From positions 544,001 through 608,000 of the forward strand of contig CBDCDA010000002.1 of NCBI GenBank assembly GCA_965215335.1: a stretch of 64,000 bases of DNA. Reading direction: 5' to 3'. How positions within the stretch are numbered: the stretch's first letter is position 1; each line of letters begins with the position of its first letter. The notes under the pieces were generated by a model. That model had not been told where the DNA came from, did no database searches, and saw nothing but the letters and a program-made list of their open reading frames with translations. Below, one piece after another: positions 56,143-64,000 of the stretch. The DNA comes from an uncultured Candidatus Entotheonella sp. (GTDB taxonomy: Bacteria; Tectomicrobia; Entotheonellia; Entotheonellales; Entotheonellaceae). The position numbers and the translations under genes are program-made.

Positions 56143-57558
56143 ATGACGGCTTCTGACGTTTATTACATGGACGCGCGCAGCGAGTCGCCCCAGACCGGTC
56201 TGGTGGCCAAGATGCTGACCGTTTTCGAGGAGGCCGGACTTGACGCGATGATCAAGCCGGGCGACCTCGTGGCCATCAAACTTCACTGCGGCGAGTGGAA
56301 CAACACCGCCTACCTGCGGCCCGTCTACCCGCGCGCCCTGGCCGACCGCATCAAGGAACTCGGCGGTCGCCCCTTCGTGTGCGACACCACCACGCTCACA
56401 TACTCCCCCTACGCCTCGCGGGCGACCGAGCTCGACCTCATGATGACCGCCGAGCGCAACGGCTTCAGCTCGGCGGTGCTGGGCTGCCCGTTCATATGCG
56501 CCGACGGCTTCATCGGCACCGGCGATTACCGCGTCGACGTGCCCACCGGCTATCTGTTGAAAGAAGCCTACATCGCCCAGGCGGTTGCCGCTGCCGACGT
56601 GCTGATCTGCCTCACGCACTTCAAGGGCCACCCCATGGGCGTCATCGGCGGCGCCATCAAGAACCTCGGCATCGGCTGCCAATCCAAGCGCGGCAAGCAC
56701 AACGTGCACCTCGGTGGCCACCCCAGGTACAGTGTCGCCAACTCCGCCATCTGGCACCCGGAAAACTTCAGGGGCAAGGCCAATACGCCGGACTGGAACA
56801 TCCTCGAAGAGTGTTGCCCCTACCACCTGTTCAAGGTCGAAGAGGACACGATCCACTGGGACCGCGCCGCCTGCACCAGCTGCCTGGGCTGCCTCGGCAT
56901 CATGGCGCCGCGCGGCCTGTTCGAGTTCCCGGAAGAGACGTTCGCCGCCACCGACGCCTCCATCGCCGATGGCGCCCTTGGCGCCGTGCTGGCGGTGGGC
57001 CGCGAGAAGTGCGGCTTCATCAACTTGGCCATCGACATCTCGCCGCGCTGCGACTGCGTCAACTTCGCCGACATGCCGGTGGTGCCGAACCTCGGCGTGT
57101 TTGCCAGCACGGACCCGGTGGCTATCGACATGGCCTGCCTGGACAAGGTGCGCGAGTCGCACGGCATGCCGGGATCGATTGCGGAGGATTTCGATTTGCT
57201 GGAAGCCGGTGAGAGGAAATTCGAGACGGTGTCGGCCACGGTCCACGGCCTCAGCGAGGAAGCCCAGATCAACACGGGCACGCTGAACGGCCTCGGCAGC
57301 CGCGATTACAACCTCATCGAGGCGGAACCGCAGCCGGCCAGCCGCCACCTGTTCGCGCTGGATACACGCCCGAGCGGCGTACGCTTCGGCGCCAAGTTCA
57401 TGAAGTTCTCGCCCTTCCCGTACGATCGTCACGACGGCCAGGGCTTCCTGCGCGAGCAGGAAGTGGACACGGAGTTCGTCAAGACCTGGCATGGCAACGG
57501 CAACGGCGGCGTGCCGGGCGTCTCGGGTGCAGTCGAAGAGGCGGCAGCGGGCGATTAA
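56143..57558 (+). CDS. DUF362 family Fe-S protein
   Basis: AIKLHCGE, LTHFKGH, GGAIKNLG.GC, CTSCLGC, CDC, STDPVAID. Confidence 0.9.
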   Translation: MTASDVYYMDARSESPQTGLVAKMLTVFEEAGLDAMIKPGDLVAIKLHCGEWNNTAYLRPVYPRALADRIKELGGRPFVCDTTTLTYSPYASRATELDLMMTAERNGFSSAVLGCPFICADGFIGTGDYRVDVPTGYLLKEAYIAQAVAAADVLICLTHFKGHPMGVIGGAIKNLGIGCQSKRGKHNVHLGGHPRYSVANSAIWHPENFRGKANTPDWNILEECCPYHLFKVEEDTIHWDRAACTSCLGCLGIMAPRGLFEFPEETFAATDASIADGALGAVLAVGREKCGFINLAIDISPRCDCVNFADMPVVPNLGVFASTDPVAIDMACLDKVRESHGMPGSIAEDFDLLEAGERKFETVSATVHGLSEEAQINTGTLNGLGSRDYNLIEAEPQPASRHLFALDTRPSGVRFGAKFMKFSPFPYDRHDGQGFLREQEVDTEFVKTWHGNGNGGVPGVSGAVEEAAAGD

Positions 57559-57640
57559 CCGTTTTGCGGGCGGTGACGTGCGAGTTCTGATGCGGGGTCG
57601 CGCGCCGCTCTCCGTTTTGGCAGTTCACACTTCAAATGTT

Positions 57641-57679
57641 CCCCCTCACCTCAATCCTCTCCCTCCCCCCTGAGGGGGG
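57641..57679. repeat. C-rich/G-rich palindromic repeat
   Basis: CCCCCTCACCTCAATCCTCTCCCTCCCCCCTGAGGGGGG. Confidence 0.5.
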
Positions 57680-57727
57680 CGGATCACGGTGAGGGAGAAC
57701 ATGAGCCGGTTATCTCAGGAGGTTGAC

Positions 57728-58069
57728 ATGGCAGCGGTGACGAAGGGGTTGGAAAACCTGCAAGAAGCCATCAGCACGTGCGAGCAGATGGACGCCAGCC
57801 TGGCCGACGCGACGGACGCCGAAGCGGTGAAGGCGAAGACCGTGGTGCAGGAAACGTTGACGGCATTTCACGATGTCAGCGACAAGTTTTTCCTCAAGAC
57901 CATGATGAGCGTGCCGCCCACCAAGGCTTGCCGGGTCGAGGCCGCGGCGGTGGCATCTGTGGTTTCCGGGCAGGAGTGGGACAGCCTGCCGGGCGCCCTG
58001 GAGAAGTTGCAAAAGGCGACGAAAACGCTGGTAACCAAGGCCAGGATGGACGGGACGACGATTACATGA
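57728..58069 (+). CDS. hypothetical helical protein
   Basis: AGGAGG RBS; ATGA overlap with the next gene. Confidence 0.7.
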   Translation: MAAVTKGLENLQEAISTCEQMDASLADATDAEAVKAKTVVQETLTAFHDVSDKFFLKTMMSVPPTKACRVEAAAVASVVSGQEWDSLPGALEKLQKATKTLVTKARMDGTTIT

Positions 58070-58953
58070 GCGGTCCGCTCCTGATCACCGGCGGCGCCGG
58101 CAGCGTCGGCCGCAGCCTGGTTGCCTGCTGCCGCACCGATGGCTATGCAGTGCGCGTCTTCGACCTGCCGGTGTGCGACTTTACGGGACTGGAAGGCGAG
58201 ACGGGCATCGAGGTCGTCAAGGGCGACATCACGCAGCCGGAGCACGTTGAAGCCGCCGTACAGGGCGTCCGTGGCGTCCTGCACCTGGCGGCACTGCTGC
58301 CGCCGGCGAGCGAGGCCGACCGATCGCGGACCTTTGCCGTCAACGTCGCCGGCACCGCCACCATCATCAACGCCATGCAGGCCGCCACCAGCGACGCCGT
58401 GCTGGTGTTCAGCTCGTCGGTCAGCACCTATGGGGATACCACCACCGGAACCCCGCCGCTCGGGGTTGAGCATCCCCAAACGGCCCTCGACCTGTACGCC
58501 GAAAGCAAGATCGCCAGCGAGCGGCTGGTGCGGGAATCTTCCTTGCCCACGGTGGTGCTGCGCATCGCCGGCATCGCCGTGCCGGTGCTGCAGGAACCCC
58601 CCGAGGTGTGGCCGTTCACCGCCGGGCAGCGCCTGGAAATGGTGCAGCGTGACGACGTGGTGACGGCGCTGTACAAGGCCCTGACCACCCCGGCGGCGCG
58701 CGGCAAGACCCTGAACATCGCCGGCGGACCGACCTGGCAGACGACCGGGCGCCAGTACGTCGCCGATCTGTACGGCATCATCGGCGTACCGCTCGACCTG
58801 GCGGTGTTTCGGGGCCAGGACGAGCCCGGCTGGGTCGACTGGTACGACACCGGGTTGTCGCAGCAACTGCTCGGCTATCAGGACCATTCGTACTCGGCCT
58901 ACCTCGATACCCTGCGTTTGGAAGTCGCCCGCCTGTTGGAAGACGACTGCTGA
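58066..58953 (+). CDS. NAD-dependent epimerase/dehydratase (extended SDR)
   Basis: LITGGAGSVG, HLAA, SSS, YAESK. Confidence 0.9.
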   Translation: MSGPLLITGGAGSVGRSLVACCRTDGYAVRVFDLPVCDFTGLEGETGIEVVKGDITQPEHVEAAVQGVRGVLHLAALLPPASEADRSRTFAVNVAGTATIINAMQAATSDAVLVFSSSVSTYGDTTTGTPPLGVEHPQTALDLYAESKIASERLVRESSLPTVVLRIAGIAVPVLQEPPEVWPFTAGQRLEMVQRDDVVTALYKALTTPAARGKTLNIAGGPTWQTTGRQYVADLYGIIGVPLDLAVFRGQDEPGWVDWYDTGLSQQLLGYQDHSYSAYLDTLRLEVARLLEDDC

Positions 58954-58972
58954 GCATTCGAGAAGAGGCCCA

Positions 58973-61345
58973 TTGATGGCGATTCTGTCATCCCCCTCCA
59001 CCCCGCCCGCTGCGCCGGACACCGCAATCCTCACCACCCTGGAAACCATCTCGCAGCGCGTCCTGTGGCTGGCGACGTACATGATCCACTACGCCAACAG
59101 GATTCGCCCGAACCCGGACGGTCTCAAGGTCGGCGGTCACCAGGCAAGCTGCGCCTCGGCGGTGAGTCTGATGACGGCGCTGTATTTCGCCGTCCTGCGC
59201 CCCGAGGACCACGTGGCGGTGAAGCCGCACGCCGCGCCGGTGCTGCACGCCATCCAGTATCTGCTCGGCAACCTGCCGCGCCGCATGCTGACCACCCTGC
59301 GCGATTTTGGTGGCCTGCAAGCCTACCCCAGCCGCACCAAGGACCCGGCCGGCGTGACCATTTCAACCGGCTCGGTCGGCCTGGGCGCCGCGGCGACGAT
59401 CTTTGGCGCCCTGACGCAGCGTTACGTGCGCGATCATTTCGGCAAAGTCGGTGGCCAGGGGCGCTACATCGCCCTGGTCGGCGACGCCGAGATCGACGAG
59501 GGCAACATCCCGGAGGCCCTCGGCGAGGCCAGTGCCTACGGGCTGAACGACCTGTGGTGGATCATCGACATCAACCGACAGAGCCTCGACCATATCGCCC
59601 CGGAGGGCCAGGTGACGCAGATCGCGCGGCTGTTCGAGGCCAAGGGCTGGGAAGTACTGTGGCTCAAGTACGGCAGCCAGCAGCAGGCTTTTTTCGAGCG
59701 GCCGGGCGGCGACGGGTTGCGGCGGTGGATCGACTCGTGCAGCAACGCCGAATACCAGACGCTGCTGAACGCCGACGGCTCGGAAATTCGCCGCGCCGTG
59801 GTCGAGTGGGGCCAGTTGGTCGGCGCCGACATGCACAGCGTTCTCGCCGACGTGCCCGATGCCACCCTCAAGGACCTGCTGATGAACCTCGGCGGGCACG
59901 ACATCCCGCAGATTCTCGGGACGTTCGCCACGGCCGAGGCCGTACCCGACCGCCCGGTCGTCATCATGGCTTACACCATCAAGGGCTGGGGGCTGCCGAT
60001 CGCCGGGCATATCGACAACCACGCCGCCCAGCTGACGTCGGCACACATCGCCGCCCTGCAGGAACAGCACGGCATCGCCGTGGGGCAGGAGTGGGACGGC
60101 TACGAAGAGCCGGACCCGATTGCCGGGTGGATCAAGGAGCGGCGGATTTTCGGACGGCATGGCTGCGAGCATGCTCCGCCACCCCCGAGCCCGCCGCCGA
60201 TTCCCGACACCCTGGACATCGCCTTTCCCGAACGCGCCGCCACGCAGGGAGCGTTCGGCCATGTCCTGGTGGCGCTGAGTGAACACGAGGACGTGGCGGC
60301 GCGGCTCGTCACCACCTCGCCCGACGTGGCGGTATCCACGAACCTGGCCAACTGGATCAACAAGCGCGGTATCTACGCGCCCGCCGAGAAGCCCGACTAC
60401 TGGGCCAAATACGACGTCACCAGCCTGCTGCGCTGGCAAGAAACCGCCTCGGGGCAGCACATCGAACTCGGCATCGCCGAGAATAATCTGTACTTGGCCC
60501 TGGCCATGCTGGGCCTGTCCTATGAATTCAACGGCGAGCTGTTGCTGCCCGTCGGCACCGTGTATGACCCCTTTGTGGCGCGCGGCCTGGACGCTCTGAC
60601 CTACGCGACCTACGTGGGCGCGAAGTTTCTCTTTGCCGGCACCCCGTCGGGGCTGAGCCTGAATCGCGAAGGCGGCGCGCACCAGTCGATCTACACGCCG
60701 CTGGTGGGCATGGGCATGCCGGGTCTCATCTACTACGAACCGGCCTACGCCGCCGAGCTGGAGTGCATGATGTGCTGGGGGCTGCGGCAACTGGCGGACC
60801 GCGACAACGGCCAGAGCCTGTATCTGCGGCTGTCGACCCGGCCGATTGCACAGGCGGTGCGCCGCTCGACGCCGGAATGGCGACGGCAGGTACTGGCCGG
60901 CGGCTACTGGCTGCGCGATTACCGCCAGGAACGCGACTACGCACAGCGTCCGCGCCTGCACCTGTTCGCGTCCGGCGTCATGTTGGAGGAGGCGTTGCAG
61001 GCCAGCGATCTGGCCTGCGAGGACGGCATTTACGTCAACGTCGTCAACGTCACCAGCGCCGACCGCCTGTTCCGCGACCACTTCGAGGCCGCCAGTTCCG
61101 GGGCCGGGTCTTCCTACCTCGACGAGTTGCTTCCTGCCGCTGATCGCCAAACCCCGGCGATCACCCTGCTCGACGGACATCCCCTGACGCTCGCCTGGCT
61201 CGGCACCGTCTTCAACGCCCCGCTCAAGCCTCTGGGCGTGGTGCAATTCGGCCAGACCGGCTCGGTGCAGGAGTTGTATCACCAGCACCGCATCGACACG
61301 GACGCCATCCTCACGGCGATTGTCCAGGTCTTATTCGGTCAGTAA
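58973..61345 (+). CDS. TPP-dependent AceE-like 2-oxoacid dehydrogenase E1 / transketolase-like enzyme
   Basis: KVGGHQAS, STGSVGLG, GDAEIDEG...N, ELGIAE, EGGAHQS, FGQTG. Confidence 0.88.
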   Translation: MMAILSSPSTPPAAPDTAILTTLETISQRVLWLATYMIHYANRIRPNPDGLKVGGHQASCASAVSLMTALYFAVLRPEDHVAVKPHAAPVLHAIQYLLGNLPRRMLTTLRDFGGLQAYPSRTKDPAGVTISTGSVGLGAAATIFGALTQRYVRDHFGKVGGQGRYIALVGDAEIDEGNIPEALGEASAYGLNDLWWIIDINRQSLDHIAPEGQVTQIARLFEAKGWEVLWLKYGSQQQAFFERPGGDGLRRWIDSCSNAEYQTLLNADGSEIRRAVVEWGQLVGADMHSVLADVPDATLKDLLMNLGGHDIPQILGTFATAEAVPDRPVVIMAYTIKGWGLPIAGHIDNHAAQLTSAHIAALQEQHGIAVGQEWDGYEEPDPIAGWIKERRIFGRHGCEHAPPPPSPPPIPDTLDIAFPERAATQGAFGHVLVALSEHEDVAARLVTTSPDVAVSTNLANWINKRGIYAPAEKPDYWAKYDVTSLLRWQETASGQHIELGIAENNLYLALAMLGLSYEFNGELLLPVGTVYDPFVARGLDALTYATYVGAKFLFAGTPSGLSLNREGGAHQSIYTPLVGMGMPGLIYYEPAYAAELECMMCWGLRQLADRDNGQSLYLRLSTRPIAQAVRRSTPEWRRQVLAGGYWLRDYRQERDYAQRPRLHLFASGVMLEEALQASDLACEDGIYVNVVNVTSADRLFRDHFEAASSGAGSSYLDELLPAADRQTPAITLLDGHPLTLAWLGTVFNAPLKPLGVVQFGQTGSVQELYHQHRIDTDAILTAIVQVLFGQ

Positions 61346-62047
61346 CCGGCACAACTGTCGGGTCGCCGCGCCCGGGTCGGGCGCGGCCAGGACGGCGCGG
61401 ATCATGGCGACGCCGTGCGCCCCGGTCTGCCGCACCTGCGGCAGGTTGGCGGGCGTGATGCCGCCGATGCCCAGCACCGGGATGGACACGTCGCGCACCA
61501 CTGCGGCCAGTTGGGGCAGGCCCTGCGGCGGGCCGTAGGCGAGTTTGGAAGGGGTTGCGAAAACGGGGCCGAACACCACGAAGTCGGCGCCTTCTGCCGC
61601 GGCCTGACGCGCCGCGTCGAGGCTGTGGGTGGAAACGCCAAGGAGCTTGTCGGGGCCCAGGACACGGCGGGCGGAGCGGACAGGCAGGGAATGGCCGGCG
61701 AGATGGACGCCGGCGGCGTCCAGGGCCAGGGCGACGTCGAGCCGGTCGTTGATCAGCAGCGGCACCCGGTGGGGACTCAGCACCTCTTGCAGGCGGGCGC
61801 CCAGGTCGTAAAGCTCGCGGGCGCTGAGGTCCTTCTCCCGCAATTGCACGGCCAGGCTCACTGCGCTCGCGAGCGCTCGCTCCATTCGCCGTGGCGCGCC
61901 ACGCGCCACGGCGGCGATCACCTCCGCCAAGGATCGCCCGGCGGTTTGTTGCCGGTCGGTCACCACGTAGAGACGAAAGCCGGGACTACCATGCCCCCTC
62001 CCTCCGGGAGGGGTCGGGGGAGGGTCCGGCAGTGTTTCAGGTGCCAA
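61331..62047 (-). CDS. thiE: thiamine-phosphate synthase (start uncertain)
   Basis: LYVVTD, QLREK, INDR.D, GVSTHS, GPVFAT.SK, IGGI. Confidence 0.9.
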   Translation of the reverse strand: MAPETLPDPPPTPPGGRGHGSPGFRLYVVTDRQQTAGRSLAEVIAAVARGAPRRMERALASAVSLAVQLREKDLSARELYDLGARLQEVLSPHRVPLLINDRLDVALALDAAGVHLAGHSLPVRSARRVLGPDKLLGVSTHSLDAARQAAAEGADFVVFGPVFATPSKLAYGPPQGLPQLAAVVRDVSIPVLGIGGITPANLPQVRQTGAHGVAMIRAVLAAPDPGAATRQLCRLLTE

Positions 62048-62816
62048 TGATGCCCTCCAGAGGACTGCTGGCGGTGGCGTAGAGCTTGCGCTCGATGCGC
62101 CCGGCCTTGCAAGCCAGGCGGCCGGCATCCACGGCCATGCGCATGGCGTTGGCCATGGCCAGGGGGTCCTTGGCGCCGGCAATGCCGGTATTCATCAGCA
62201 CGCCGTCCACGCCGAGTTCCATGGCCACCGCGGCGTCGGAGGCCGTGCCGACGCCCGCGTCGACGATCACCGGCACCTGCACCGCCTCCATGATCAGCCG
62301 GATCGTGTAGGGGTTGCAGATGCCCAGGCCGGAGCCGATCGGCGCGCCGAGCGGCATGACGACCGCGGCGCCGGCGTCTTCCAGCTTCTTGGCCATCACC
62401 GGGTCATCGTTGGTGTACGGCATGACGATGAAGCCCTCCTTGGCCAGCACGCGGGTCGCTTCCAGCAAATCCACCACGTCCGGGAACAGGGTCTTCTGGT
62501 CGCCGATCACTTCGAGCTTGACGAAGTCCGACAGCCCCGCCTCACGTGCCAGCCGGGCGGTCAGAATGGCGGCCTCGGCGTCGTGGCACCCGGCGGTGTT
62601 GGGCAGAATGGTGAAGCGGTCGCGGTCGATGTAATCCAGCAGCGTTTCCTCGCTGTCCGGCAGTTCCATGCGCCGCAGCGCTACGGTCACCATGTCCGCC
62701 CCGGAGGCTTCATGGCACTGCTGCATCAGTTCCATGGTGGGATATTTGCCGGTGCCGACGATGAGCCGTGAACCGAACGTTTTGCCCCCGATCTCCAGTA
62801 AATCGTCCTGTTGCAT
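62037..62816 (-). CDS. thiG: thiazole synthase
   Basis: [37 protein letters not shown]. Confidence 0.97.
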   Translation of the reverse strand: MQQDDLLEIGGKTFGSRLIVGTGKYPTMELMQQCHEASGADMVTVALRRMELPDSEETLLDYIDRDRFTILPNTAGCHDAEAAILTARLAREAGLSDFVKLEVIGDQKTLFPDVVDLLEATRVLAKEGFIVMPYTNDDPVMAKKLEDAGAAVVMPLGAPIGSGLGICNPYTIRLIMEAVQVPVIVDAGVGTASDAAVAMELGVDGVLMNTGIAGAKDPLAMANAMRMAVDAGRLACKAGRIERKLYATASSPLEGIIGT

Positions 62817-62828
62817 CTGACATCCCTC

Positions 62829-63035
62829 CTATCCGCCGCCGACAGCCTGCACAATCTCGACGCGGTCGCCGGCCTGCAAAACGGTGGCCGCATGGTCTTG
62901 GCGTGGCACGACCGTCATGTTCACGGCCACCGCGGTTCCCTGCCGATCGGCCACGCCCAGGGTTTCGAGCAGGCTGCGCACGGTGCTTGCCTCTGGAATG
63001 GTGCGCTTGTCGCCGTTGACGAGTACGTCGATCAT
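62829..63035 (-). CDS. thiS: sulfur carrier protein ThiS
   Basis: VNG...AVAVN..VV...GDRVEIV..VGGG C-terminus. Confidence 0.95.
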   Translation of the reverse strand: MIDVLVNGDKRTIPEASTVRSLLETLGVADRQGTAVAVNMTVVPRQDHAATVLQAGDRVEIVQAVGGG

Positions 63036-63056
63036 CGTGTTTGGCCTACTCCGAAC

Positions 63057-63089
63057 AAAAAAAGCCGCCACGCCAAGGGCGTGCGGCTT
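63057..63089 (-). terminator. intrinsic terminator in the thiSGE leader
   Basis: minus strand AAGCCGCACGCCCTTGGCGTGGCGGCTTTTTTT: hairpin plus U7. Confidence 0.8.
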
Positions 63090-63145
63090 CAGCTTCCGTG
63101 AGGGAGCCATTCTCTTCGCACCCGGCCTGCGGCCCGGCGATGCGT

Positions 63146-63255
63146 GAATGGCGCTTCCCTACGCTGGCATTACCCAGGTCAGGTTCCGAGGGTTGCTACC
63201 AGAGACGTGAACCCGTCCCGGTAACTCTCAGCGTCTCACACCCCTAGCGAATGGC
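63146..63255 (-). promoter_or_regulatory. TPP riboswitch
   Basis: minus strand CTAGGGGTG...GCTGAGA...ACCCTCGGAACCTGACCTGGGTAATGCCAGCGTAGGGAAG upstream of thiS. Confidence 0.96.
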
Positions 63256-63397
63256 CATGAATCTTAACAGAGGCGATCGGTCATTACAAGACTTTGCGAA
63301 GGTTCAGCATATCATGCAGGGTGCCTTTCTGCTTGCAACTGTCCGACGATGGCGGAGCAACGTCGGATGACACTATGCCGATCCACCACCGTGCGAG

Positions 63398-63601
63398 TCC
63401 GCGCTTCTTGACGAGGTCGCACGCGGGGAAACCATCATTATGACCAAACGGGGGCGCCCGGTGGCCCGATTGACAGCACCCGAAGCGCCCGACCGAGAAG
63501 CGGCGGCTGCCGCAGCCAAGGCCCTGCGTAACTTGCGCAGCCGTATTGGCTGGGCCATCACCGAGGATATTCTTCAGATGCGTGACGAAGGCCGGCGTTG
63601 A
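63398..63601 (+). pseudogene. 5'-truncated Phd/YefM antitoxin
   Basis: SALLDEVARGETIIMTKRGRPVARL...ILQMRDEGRR*; no start codon after the upstream in-frame TGA (63368). Confidence 0.75.
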
Positions 63602-63694
63602 AAGCACCCGCAACAGCGACCTCTTGCCACCCTTGACCGCAAACTCAGCACCGCGGCACAGGCTGAGGAACTGACGCTGTTGGCATGAGTACAA

Positions 63695-63969
63695 TATGAT
63701 GAGGGCTTCCTCAGCCTCGCCGAGAAGTGTCGAGCGCGGTTGTCCGGGTCCTGTCTTGTGATCTTCGACGGTGTTTCGCTTTCGCCATTTTCGGACGGTC
63801 TTGGGGTTGATGCCGCAGGTTTGGCTCAGTTCCTTGAGCGAAGCTTTCGATCGCTGTATTGCTTTTCTGACGGCGTGCGTGGTCGTGGCGCTGCCGTGAA
63901 GTACCTGTCCCCTGGTGCCTCCTTCGATTGCACGGAAAGGATCGTACCATCAATCCATGGGACTGTACA
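63695..63969 (-). mobile_element. IS481-family transposase 5' remnant
   Basis: GQVLHGSATTTHAVRKAIQRS...GINPKTVRKWRKR...TGP...EEALII; start codon reads AGG after a GGAGG RBS; TGT terminus at 63969. Confidence 0.8.
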
Positions 63970-64000
63970 CTTGACCGTCCGACCTTTGCCTCCCTGTCAT

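Noticed and set aside
58948..58953. Terminal Cys-TGA of the epimerase as a CU motif
   Set aside because: No convincing SECIS, and the next gene starts about 20 bp later.
59363..61288. 641-aa minus strand ORF and similar antisense ORFs over recG, ggt and the copper oxidase
   Set aside because: Shadows of well-supported genes on the opposite strand.
1..64000. CRISPR array, rRNA, intact prophage or intact transposase
   Set aside because: No regularly spaced direct repeats, rRNA-like tracts or phage genes were seen; only IS remnants.

Overview
GC-rich bacterial chromosomal window, mostly core and catabolic genes: nadE, acs, relA/spoT, rpmB, recG, folE-folB-folK-moaB, hpnD, HU, ggt, mazG, thiSGE under a TPP riboswitch, a copper cluster, DUF1800/DUF1501/NHL, and many hydrolases and oxidoreductases. 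The gene repertoire resembles Ca. Tectomicrobia or similar uncultured lineages (inference only). The strongest hidden signal is selenium biology. A glycine/betaine-reductase protein-B-like gene pair contains an in-frame TGA (8235-8237) followed by a SECIS-like hairpin, and tRNA-Sec (selC) lies about 10 kb away. Both subunits have lost canonical cysteines (UGTGTRS instead of UGTCTRC; SGNY instead of the pyruvoyl-forming SGNC), and no grdA/C/D or thioredoxin genes are present, so this may be an undescribed selenoenzyme. Other unusual modules are an AhbD-like radical SAM/PCP_red/HutX-like trio, a radical SAM plus degenerate Cys-rich metallophosphoesterase pair, a cytochrome c-CusF fusion and a cytochrome c-zinc ribbon fusion. 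The window also holds decayed IS630, IS481, hsdM and antitoxin fragments and palindromic repeats. No CRISPR array or rRNA was seen. All calls come from motif recognition by eye; no searches were run.
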